Source: Octopus sinensis
Taxonomy: Eukaryota
Assembly (NCBI RefSeq): GCF_006345805.1
Contig: NC_043006.1
Span: 53,816,001-53,880,000 of the forward strand
Direction: 5' to 3'
DNA length: 64,000 bases
Positions within the stretch are counted from its first letter, which is position 1. Each line of letters starts with the position of its first letter. Shown here one piece after another: positions 54,211 through 64,000 of the stretch. The translations under genes were made by a program, and so were the position numbers. The notes under the pieces were generated by a model. It did not search any database, had not been told where the DNA came from, and saw only the letters and a list, made by a program, of their open reading frames with translations.

Positions 54211-55440
54211 CATCCCATAAGTTCTGTCCGAATTTACTTTTTTTTTTAAATTGAATGAAATTTAATAGTATTTTAGGATGTCTAATGGAATTAAAAATTA
54301 TTTTTATGCATCTGTGTACATTTAAACTAATTAAGTATTATTTTACAGAATAATAGAGTTAAAATGTCTTTGATTAAAGCCCTTTCTAACATGGAAGTAT
54401 CCAAAGAGCATTTAAGGCACATAATGCTTTATGAGTATAAAAAAGGAAACTCTGCAGCCGAAGCGACTCGAAACATACACTCAGTTTATGGGAAAGAATG
54501 CTTGAATGAAAGAACTTGCAGAAGATGGTTTGCAAAATTCAGAAGTGGAGATTTCAGCCTTGAAGATGAAGATTGAACGGACGTCCAGTTGAGTTTGATG
54601 ATAAGCTCCTTGAGACATTACTTGAAGAAAATCCTGCATTATCAGTTGAAGAATTGGCAATAAAGCTTAGTTCAAACCATACAACTGTTCATTGTCATCT
54701 TTAACAACTTGGAAAGGCTCCTGAACTTGGAAAATGGGTGCCTCATGAATTGTCCAAAAGCAACCGCAAATCCCGAGTTGACATCTGCTCTTCTCTCCAT
54801 TCTCACGAACTCATTTCACCCTTTTTGGATAGACTTGTGACTGGTGACGAAAAATCGATCTTCTATTGAAATGTCAAACGTCGTAAACAGTGGCGTATTA
54901 AAGAGAAAAAGCTCAGCCACAACCGAGAAGGGAACTTCATGGAAAAAAAGGCTCTTCTCTCTATCTGGTGGGATTGCAAAAGAGTAATTCACTTTGAATT
55001 GTTACCACTTAATGCAACAATCAATGCCCGAGTCTACTGTCAGCAATTAGAGCGTTTGAACCAAGCATTGAAGAAAAAAAGACCCGCTTTAGTGAATCGC
55101 AAATGAGTGATGTTTCATCAGGACAATGCGCGACCCCACACTGCAAAGATCACATCACAGAAGATCAAAGAGCTGGGTTGGGGAAAAATTCCTCATCCAC
55201 CTTATTCTCCCAACCTTGCTCCATCAGACTACCATTTGTTTCGTAGTTTACAAAATCATTTGGGGGACATAACTTTCGCAAGCCAGTAGGGGGTCGAAAC
55301 TGACATTTCAGAGTTCTTCGCTTTGAAACCAAAAGAGTTTAACATTGGTGGAATTAAAAAGCTTGTAAATAGACGGAAGGAAGTCTTAGATAATCAGGGA
55401 AAGTACAATGATGATTAAATTTTAATTAAATAGAACATTT
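54211..55440 (+). mobile_element. Defective mariner transposon (DD34D)
   Basis: Broken ORF 54391-55418: MEVSKEHLRHIMLYEYKKGNSAAEATRNI..., GKWVPHEL, VTGDEK, FHQDNARPH..HPPYSPNLAPSDYHLFRSLQNHL. Left TIR remnant catcccataagttctgtccg; right TIR not found. Confidence 0.9.
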
Positions 55441-55461
55441 GATCACTCAAATACAATAGAA

Positions 55462-55522
55462 GATAACTGAAGAGATGGTGGCGTGGATTTCCACCTCAGC
55501 ATCCGAAACTCGGAGTTTTATC
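55462..55522 (+). ncRNA. Type I hammerhead ribozyme motif, canonical core
   Basis: gataa / CUGAAGA (55467-55473) / stem II gatg...catc(c) with an inner gtgga-tt-tccac hairpin / GAA / ACU-CGG-AGU / U17 (55517) / ttatc. Confidence 0.72.
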
Positions 55523-55730
55523 ATGGCTACCGAATAATTGTCACATATTACATTTACAGATAAATTCCTCTATTTACATAATATTGAGGTCTCTTTCATT
55601 CTTTTGTTGTCTTACCATTTTTATCAATATATATATTTCTATTCCTGAGCGCTATACTAATACATTTGTTTGTTTGTACTCCACCTGCCATCGTCTTTTG
55701 TTTATTTTCGTAAGCTTTCCCTTTATATAT

Positions 55731-55802
<72 letters not shown>

Positions 55803-57199
55803 TCTGTGTATGTCTCTGAGCGTCCGTATTTGTCTCCCCATCAAAGCTTGATAACCGGTATTGGCGTGTTTACGTACCGGTAACCAAGCGGTTCGGTAAA
55901 AGACACCGAGAGAATAAGTACTAGGTTTCAAAAGTAAGTCCTACGGTCGATTTGTTCGACTAAAATCCTTCAAGGCGGTGCTCCAGCATGGCCGCAGTCA
56001 AATGACTGACGGGCTTCATTCAGTTTCCGCCTACCAAATCCATTCACAAAGTTATGGTTTGGCCTGAAGCTTAGTATAGTAAAAGACACTTGCCCAAGAA
56101 TACCACACTGTGGGACTGAACCTGGGACCATACGGTTTGGAGGCAAACTTTTTCATTTTTCTTTTTTTTACATTTTGGGATTAGCTCCAACGACGGGGAT
56201 GTTAAATGCGGGATGGGGGAGAACAATAGACTGAAATGTAAAGCTGTTTATTGATAAATGAATGGTTCAAGGTCAAGGCCAAAGAGTATGAATTGTTTTG
56301 ATTGTAGTTGATTTTGTGTTTTCACAACACACATACATATACAAACATACCCCTGCACGCACATACACATACACGACGTCAACTCGGGGAATATTTTCCC
56401 ATCAAGTTCGTCCTAACAGCTTCCTTTTGTCAGCTGATACGCTACCTCTACTGCTTTTCATTGTATTATGAAATATTTTAAACCAGAACAGCCCAGTCGT
56501 TTCTTTTGACCAGTCACGCTTGAATGATTGCCAAGGACAGCAGTTAAGTAGTTTGACCCCCCCACTACCACTGACAGCAACCTAACACGAAAATTATTTT
56601 CGAAGAAAGGAAATCGGTCACTAACGCATTAAACATTTTTCGGCGATTCAGTTGTCAAATACCTTAAATGATTCATCTTACAGATAAAATGCTGTCGAGT
56701 CACTGAGGTGGGAAAAGTTGCATGGATGTGTGTGGTCCCACGACTTGCTAAAAACGGTAGCAAATTTCCCTCAGATCACACCGTGCAAACTTAGAAAAAT
56801 GAATGGCACAATTAGAGATTGCAGTCCTAGATATACTATGCCCTGCAAAGAGATAAAAGAGGGAAGGCATTTCACTACAGATCTGCTTAACAAGGGCTGA
56901 CCAAGGAACTAATAAATTCAAGTAGTAATTTGTCTATCAGCTTATTTATATACATATACGTAGTTGCGTATATTCTTACATATACACATCTTTATATGTA
57001 TACTTACGTGTATGCACGCCTAAAAGACTGTGTCTCTGTGTGTGCGCGCGCGCGGACGCACACATACATACACACACACACACACAGACTGGGTGTTCGG
57101 GTTAAAGCCTTTAGTTTGCATTAGGGAAAGAAAACACGATATCCCATCCAAAACCAGAAACAAGAGGGTTTTTTTAAATCAAAATTTATGAATTAGATT

Positions 57200-57950
57200 A
57201 TGAGCAGAAGATAAGTATACTCAAAGTAACCACCCTCAGCTTCCATCACGGTCTCAAGACGGCTCTGGAACCCTGGAACCTGGGTTATACGTTCTTCACT
57301 GTGTCCCTGGGAACATCTTTGAATGAATCCAAGTAAAAAAAAAATGTCACAGGAAAAGAAGTTACAGGAAAAAAGTCACTGGGGCTTTGTCCGAATGGCG
57401 GGGTGGGGTCCGAGGGGGTTTTGTCTTGGGAGGGTTGCCAAGATCCCATAATTTTAATTGTGACTTTTTTCCCTGTGACTTTATCACCGGTTACCCTTTG
57501 AACGCCTCCATCTTGGCCACCAGCATGACCTTGATGTTGCAGGCAGAGCGTTTGGTGTCTTTCTCAACCGCGCTCCACACATAATAATTCATTAGATTAT
57601 AATTGGGGCGGCGGGGATTAGGAAGCCAGAAACTGGGGTTGGTGAAGTTGTAGAATCTCTCCGACAACCACTTCTGGCTCTTTCCGGAGGTATGGCAAGG
57701 ATCGGAATCCTGCTGCCACAAACATGGCTTTCCAGCAACAACCCTCTCCAGTCAGGGATTATGACATTAAGTGTTTCTTTATGGCGAAAAGCGTTTACAC
57801 ATGCGCGCGCACCACCACCACTAATTATGTCATGTTCTCTCATACTTTAATCCCTCATTCTAGCAAAACCCTCTGTACTGCAGCCCCAATTAGACGAAGG
57901 GAATCTTAGCCATGCAAGCTGCATTGTGACATCCTAAGTGCTGATGCTAC
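57200..57950 (-). mobile_element. maT/DD37D-like Tc1-mariner fragment with a nested palindromic insert (~57340-57495)
   Basis: WQQDSDPCHTSGKSQKWLSERF..FWLPN...MNYYVWSAVEK, and C-terminal FQSRLETVMEAEG. A similar C-terminus lies on + at ~59760-59885 (SLNAAIVQVMSE...IEAEGSFIQ*). Confidence 0.7.
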
Positions 57951-58166
57951 GAAAAAAAAGACCCGCCACATGTTGTAAATTGGCTTTCATTAGTAAGGTC
58001 ATCGAGCCGGATCCTATCAAACCGTCCTATCCATGATATCATAGGACAAAACCATTAAATGATAATGATAATGATATCAATATATAAAGGAGTAAATGTA
58101 AGGATAAGTAAGTTACGCAAGTCAATATACAAAAAGTATCAACCATTTAACACAAAAAAATATACG

Positions 58167-58319
58167 TCCTCGGTAGTATAGTAGTAAGAATTAAAATAAA
58201 ATAACCTCGCAGAGGGGTAAAACAAGCACGAAAAAATGTAACACAAACGGGACGTAACAATAGAACTGCACAATTAGCCTGTCACGTGGGAGACCGGGGT
58301 TCGATTTCCCGCCGGGGAG
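58167..58319 (+). pseudogene. tRNA-Asp(GTC) pseudogene interrupted by an 88-nt insert
   Basis: 5' part TCCTCGGTAGTATAGTAGTAAG (58167-58188) and 3' part GCCTGTCACGTGGGAGACCGGGGTTCGATTTCCCGCCGGGGAG (58277-58319) match metazoan tRNA-Asp. The expected TATCCCC is replaced by 58189-58276. Confidence 0.9.
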
Positions 58320-58344
58320 ACGTTAACGTTGCCTTTATTTCTTA

Positions 58345-58500
58345 TAGGAGTAGGAGTTGCTGTGTAGTAATTAGCTTGCTTACGAACCACATGGTTCCAG
58401 GTTCAATTCCACTATAGTGTCTTCTACTATAGCTTCGAGCCGACCGAAGCCTTGTGAGTGGATTTGGTAGACGGAAACTGAAAGAAGCCCGTCGTATATA
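58345..58500 (+). mobile_element. SINE family A 5' half
   Basis: Head through gaaagaagcccgtcg, ending in the TA tract that abuts the 58565-59750 element. Confidence 0.8.
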
Positions 58501-58532
58501 TATGTATGTGTATATATATATATATATATTAT

Positions 58533-58564
<32 letters not shown>

Positions 58565-58568
<4 letters not shown>

Positions 58569-59750
58569 GTGTAATAAATAAAATATATGCATACATACAA
58601 ACATATATGTACGTACCGACATCTACATGTATATATACATGCATATATAAATATATATACGTACAGGACACCACAAAAAGACGTAGAACTCAAAAGAAAC
58701 GAAAACGGAAAAGCCATTTTGTTACAACAGAAAGACAGAGACGTGGAACAGGACGAGAACGAAAACGGGAAAAACATTATTTACAACAGAAAAACAAGGT
58801 ACAGGATATGCTACACAAGGAAAAATCCCCTTCATCAGCTGTCACTAGTAGACTTAGCGTGTTTCGAAGGCAAGACAGGACACGACTCGTCAATACTAGG
58901 CCTTCCTGCGAGAGAATTAAAATAAAATAACCTCGCAGAGGGGTAAAACAAGCACGAAAAAAATGTAACACAAACGGGACGTAACAATAGAACTGCACAA
59001 TAAAATACAAGATAAAAATACATGTACAAGAAAATACAAAACGAGAAATAAAATACAATACGAGAAATCAAAATAAACAAGAAAACAAACGAAAGGCCTT
59101 TGTTCTGGCTGGGACGGAAGAGGTACTGGCGAGCGCATGGAAACATGACCTTACGGCCTGAAAGCAACGTGCAAAAGGATTAGCAGTGACGAAAGTGAGG
59201 AGGAGTGAGAGAGAAAGAGAGAGAGAGATAGAGGAAGACACGCGGCTGAGAGAGAGATGAGGAAGGGGGAGAGAGATAGGGGAAGGTAAAGCAAAGGGAG
59301 AGAATTTCGCGTCATAATTATATTATAAAACAATATTAGGGGGATAAGAAACGGAACGAAGCGAAGAATCGAACGAATCCGACGCGAAGCGCTGTCAGAC
59401 AATAGTGTAATAAATAAAATATATGCATACATACAAACATATATGTACGTACCGACATCTACATGTATATATACATGCATATATAAATATATATACGTAC
59501 AGGACACCACAAAAAGACGTAGAACTCAACAGAAACAAAAATGGAAAAGCCATTTTGTTACAACAGAAAGACAGAGACGTGGAACAGGACGAGAACGAAA
59601 ACGGGAAAAACATTATTTACAACAGAAAAACAAGGTACAGGACATGCTACACAAGGAAAAATCCCCTTCATCAGCTGTCACTAGTAGACTTAGGCATGTA
59701 TACATACATGTAGATGTCGGTACGTACTTATATGTTTGTATGTATGCATA
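58565..59750 (-). mobile_element. Non-coding Penelope/retrozyme-like element: direct repeat - body - direct repeat - inverted piece
   Basis: 58565-58857 is near-identical to 59403-59693. 59694-59750 is the reverse complement of ~59423-59478 (2 mismatches). A hammerhead overlaps the repeat/body junction. No convincing ORF. Confidence 0.65.
58845..58899 (-). ncRNA. Type I hammerhead motif, C3U variant, GUC cleavage triplet
   Basis: Minus strand: ctagta / UUGACGA (58893-58887) / G...C single-bp stem II / GAA / AC-acgctaa-GU / C17 (58851) / tactag. Stem I is a perfect 6 bp. Confidence 0.62.
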
Positions 59751-60021
59751 GTACCATAGCTTCACTGAATGCCGCCATTGTCCAGGTGATGTCCGAAAAG
59801 AATAAGGACCATATAGTGTTAGCATATCAGAGGCTTCGGTCCAGCATGGATGCAGGCATCGAAGCCGAAGGCAGTTTCATACAATAATTTGCTTTAAAAA
59901 TCATTATGAAGGCTAATTGCACACATGTTTATTCAAATATATATTTATTTATGCCGAAATATAGTTGTCTTATTGTATACCAAAACTGTCCTCAAATATA
60001 TATATATATATATATATGGTA

Positions 60022-60297
60022 TTTATATAAGCTTAAAGCTTATAGCAATCACCGTGCAATAACTAAAGAAAATAGTCTAATAATGGGGCATATAAGCCCC
60101 CGACAGAAAAAAATAGGCTTTCCTATCCGCAAGGGCCACGAACCCACATCCCTTTGTTAACGTGACTAAGTGTGTTACCATTACACGCGGATGGGAAAGC
60201 CTACTTTTTTCTGTCGAGGGCTTATATGCCCCATTATTAGAGACTATTTTCTTTAGTCATCGTACGGTGATCTCTATAAGCTTTAAGCTTATATAAA
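60022..60297. repeat. Long inverted repeat (~105-bp arms) with a tRNA-like centre
   Basis: tttatataagcttaaagcttatag...atccgc / gcggat...ctataagctttaagcttatataaa. A related left arm lies at ~43735-43830. Confidence 0.8.
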
Positions 60298-60365
60298 CAG
60301 CATTATTATTTTTTACAGGAGTGTAAAAACTCGGCACCGTGTTAACAAAACCGTTTGCACTGAAA

Positions 60366-60409
<44 letters not shown>

Positions 60410-60411
<2 letters not shown>

Positions 60412-60805
60412 TAGCAGTATCGCCCGGCGTTGCTCGGGTTTGTAAGGGAAATAATTATATAAGCATTTTTAGAGATGTAAAGTATAATAGCCATCTCAAT
60501 ATGGCTAACCACAAGGGGGAGGGGTGTTTACTGTAGCTTTTTACGTTCTGAGATTTAATAATAAATTTTAGAGAGTTACTTCCCTTATATATGTCAAAAA
60601 TGGATTAAAAATGGGAAAAATTGATGGTAAATTTTTTTTAAAATCATAGACTCATCGTAGACGCGCGCTAATACCCAGACGGTCTCGATATGAATCACGG
60701 CTATAAGATCCCGGTTTTGGTTAAACTGCACCGCAAAATGTGGGAGTAGCTAGGAATCTAAATCGTAGGAGACAGACACACAACCTCACTTTTATATAAG
60801 ATTTC
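60410..60805 (+). mobile_element. Non-autonomous Helitron/DINE-like element
   Basis: actagcagtatcgcccggcgttgctcggg ... gacagacacacaacctcacttttatataagat. Confidence 0.6.
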
Positions 60806-60871
60806 CTCTCTATTTACATAATATTGAGGTCTCTTTCTTTCTTTTGTTATTTACTGTTTTTACCAATTACA

Positions 60872-60925
<54 letters not shown>

Positions 60926-61008
60926 ATATATAAATATATATATAGTTACAGAGATGTACTTGCATAGCAAGTGACTTGATCTGAGATCGTGTGCTGGAAC
61001 GAAAACAG

Positions 61009-61268
61009 TTGCAGCGTTGAAGGTGTTTATAAGCCATTTAAGAACACACACAAAAACCGTTAGATTCACTTCAACATTTAAATTTAATTTGCCAAAATAT
61101 TTTCGTCGCTTTGAGACCGCGACCTGTTAGCACGATATTTTTGTCAGTGAACAGGTCGCGGTCTCAAAGCGACGAAAATATTTTGGCAATTAAATTTAAA
61201 TGTTGAAGTGAATGTAACGGTTTTTGTGTGTGTTCTTAAATGGCTTACAAACACCTTCCACGCTGCAA
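61009..61268. repeat. Near-perfect palindrome (~120-bp arms, 21-nt spacer), Penelope-like inverted terminal structure
   Basis: 61009-61128 and 61150-61268 are reverse complements with a few mismatches; TA tracts lie nearby on both sides. Confidence 0.9.
61141..61189 (+). ncRNA. Type I hammerhead motif with a swapped G3-C8 core
   Basis: ttgtca / GUGAACA (61147-61153) / g / gtcgc-ggtctcaaa-gcgac / GAA / AAUAUU / U17 (61183) / tggcaa. Confidence 0.6.
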
Positions 61269-61630
61269 TATATATAACACATATATATGTATGTATGTAT
61301 GTATGTGTGTATATGTGTATGCATGTATGTATGTGTGTGTGTGTGCGTGTCTGTGCTTGTGATTGTCCTCCACCACTGCTTGACAACGAATGTTGGTTTG
61401 TTTACATCCCTGTCACCTAGTGGTTTGACAAAGGAAACAGATAGAATAAGTACAATGCTTACAAAAATAAACTGGAGTTGATTCATTAAAGTACAATTCT
61501 TCAAGGCATTGCCCCAGCATGGCCACAGACCAATGGCTGGAAAAAGCAGAAGAATAAAAGAATACATTCTCTGCTTTGGTCTTATGTTCAAGGCATGAGA
61601 AAGCTTGAGTTTACATGAGAAGGCCTAACA

Positions 61631-61894
61631 GACCTGGTAGAAACAGCAGCCAAATCTCCCTCAAATCACACCTTACTGTCTTATGTATGTATATAATATG
61701 AGCCAATGAGGGGGACCTCTACATGGTAGCTAGACCTGGTAGAAATAGCAGCCAAATTTCCCCCAAATCACACCTTACTGTCTTATCTATGTATATATGT
61801 ATGTATGAGCCTATGAGGGAGACCCCTACATGGCAGCTAGACGTGGTAGAAATAGCAGCCAAATCTCCCTCAAATCACACCTTACTGTCTTATC
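61631..61894 (+). repeat. Tandem repeat, ~102-107-bp unit, ~2.5 copies
   Basis: Units start gacctggtagaaa.agcagccaaat at 61631, 61733 and 61840. Confidence 0.85.
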
Positions 61895-63574
61895 TTTCTG
61901 CTACTTGGATATAGTGGTTATATTCGTCGTAAAAAACTTTCCTGTCACACACTCACGCATACACACACACACACGCACCCTCACACACACACACACGCGC
62001 ACACACACACACACACAACACACACACACACACGCACGCACGTTAGCTTACAATTTTATTTATATATTTGCGTGTCTATGTGTGGAAAGAGGAAGTGGGA
62101 GGCAGAGTGAAAGAATCACTCACTACAGTAAGGGAATTACTTTCATTTTATTCGTTGCCCACTGTGTGTGTGCGTTTGCGTGTGGTGTAAACCAGACTAA
62201 GAAAAGCATTTGACACACACACCAGAATGTGAGTTTTCTGTTTTCTGTAAATTTTGCTTAATTGGAGTTTAATTTTAAAAACTGGACCTGGCATGACGCG
62301 ATGCATTGTACTCTTAAAAATGGTAGGTAAATTGTAATTGAAGAAATCCTATATTGTAGATTTGTATAACTCCCAAAGGGAGGCAGATAAAATCTGCCTT
62401 TTATAATAAGAGATATACATCCTTGAAATAAGATCAAATTGATATAACGATGTGCATATTATTTACGCTGTACCTAAAAACGTTGAATGTACAGATGGTC
62501 AAGGTGATGTGTAGTGTGACCGTCTAATAACGACTCTTATCAGAAGGCTGAAATAATACATATGATGTGCCAATTGGAAAAGAGGGATACACAACAGCGT
62601 AGAATGCTTATGAAAAATTTATTGATATATTTATATGTATCTGTGTGGGTTGTATGTTAGCTGTTAACCATGGTGAAGTAGTTCATGAACAGTGCTATGT
62701 TAGAGCCTGTGCAGTGTTGCCGATGCTGTGTACGTAGCGATGTTGTTGACGACGTTGGTGAGGAACATAATGGTGACGACGAAGATGGAGGTCGCTGTAA
62801 TGCTGTTGGACGGGTGTTATCTGGCGTTGTCGCTGGAACTGGTTGTGTCGTGTGGTCAGGGGCTAGACCTTAGAAGGTCTGAAACCAAAGACTTTGAGAC
62901 AAGAAGTAGCTGGGTTTTTATAGGTAACAGTAGGCTGAAAATGGGGTTTAGAACAGACTGTCTCCCGTGATTTATTTGGAGGCTGCGATTGGTTAGGTTG
63001 CATATTGGCGCGATAAAGTAAGAGTCAAATTGCGCTAGTACCAACCAGTCAGAGTGGTGGACACAACGAGGTTCAAATAGCGGTCAAAGGTTATCTGCTA
63101 CGTTCAGATGTATGTATATATAATAAGGGGAGTCATTTCACTAGAATATACGCTTCAACTGGTTCAAGCTGTCATAATCTATCTCAGAAAAACTTCTCTT
63201 GCAAGACTTTAACCCTGTAGCATTTGAACCGGTCATATTCAACCAAAATATTCAGCCTGTTTATTTTAAACCAACCATATCCTTCTTCTCACATCTACCC
63301 TACAATGTCATTCTAAAAATAAAATAGTTACTTCATCAAAATCTTGAAACTACAAGATAATTCGGGATTAATTCAAAACAATTTGAATAAATATCACATT
63401 TGACAGAATAATTTGAATGCTAAAGGTTAGGACACAAAATCTTTTAAGAGGAGTTTCCTTGGGACAAAATGAATCAGGTAGTACCGTCCTACATATGTAT
63501 ATATGTCATAAATTATATGCGCTTCGTTATATTAGTTTTAATATTTCATTTTCTATAAAATATACTGATATACA

Positions 63575-63960
63575 GGCACATACATGGCCGTGTGGTTAAG
63601 AAGCTTGCCTTGCAACCACATGGCTTCCGGTTCGATTCCACTGCATAGCAAGTGTCTCACAATATCTTGTGAGTTAATTTGGTAGACAGAAACAGTATGG
63701 AAGTCCATCGTAGACAGACAGACAGACAGATGTGATGTATATTTCTGGTTGCATTTGACCCTCCACGTCATTTAACAACCGGTGCTGGTTGTTTACGTCC
63801 CTGTAATATATAAGTGCAGTATAAGAGATCGATAGAACAAGTAACAAACTTGAAAAGTAAACAAAGATAAGTACTCAGATCAATTTGTTCGATTAAAACC
63901 CTTCAAGTCATACTCCAGTATGGCCACAGACTAGTGACTGAAACAAGTGAAATGTAAAAG
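63575..63960 (+). mobile_element. SINE family A (diverged)
   Basis: Head ggccgtgtggttaagaagcttgcc, tail gtgactgaaacaag. Confidence 0.75.
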
Positions 63961-64000
63961 ATATGAATAAATTTTGATAAAAACAATCTAAAAATATAAC

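Noticed and set aside
58826-58870. Type II hammerhead reading using CUGAUGA at 58838-58832(-) with the upstream GAAAC
   Set aside because: Stem I cannot form and stem II is poor; the type I fold with UUGACGA gives a perfect 6-bp stem I.
61631-61894. Repeat-spacer-like pattern suggesting a CRISPR array
   Set aside because: The intervening parts are also homologous, the context is eukaryotic and there are no cas genes; it is an ordinary tandem repeat.

Overview
This is AT-rich, microsatellite-rich animal genomic DNA, most likely from an octopus. I infer that from the tRNA-derived SINE families, which match octopus repeats as I recall them; no database search was run. The window holds one apparently complete protein-coding gene on the + strand that the ORF track misses. 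I assembled it by hand as 10 exons (4597-40127, 1029 nt, 342 aa). It encodes a signal peptide, four two-exon Cys-rich modules with alternating intron phases (1,2,1,2,1,2,1,2,1) and a GPI-signal-like tail, and its first intron is a 14.5-kb GC-AG intron. Most of the rest is transposon debris: a Gypsy integrase fragment, Tc1 (DD34E), two mariners, maT-like pieces, a MULE fragment, CR1-, RTE- and Penelope-like fragments, SINEs, MITEs with visible target-site duplications, and Helitron-like elements. The most unusual signal is a set of six type-I hammerhead-ribozyme folds plus one dead copy, mostly in short elements sitting in or next to TA microsatellites. Two have canonical cores; the others are a U3 variant, a G3-C8 swapped core and two A6 variants. 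One lies in a ~1.2-kb repeat-body-repeat-inversion structure of Penelope/retrozyme type. An 88-nt piece of that structure interrupts a tRNA-Asp gene ~700 bp away. All folds were done by eye and none was tested; coordinates of degraded repeats are approximate.
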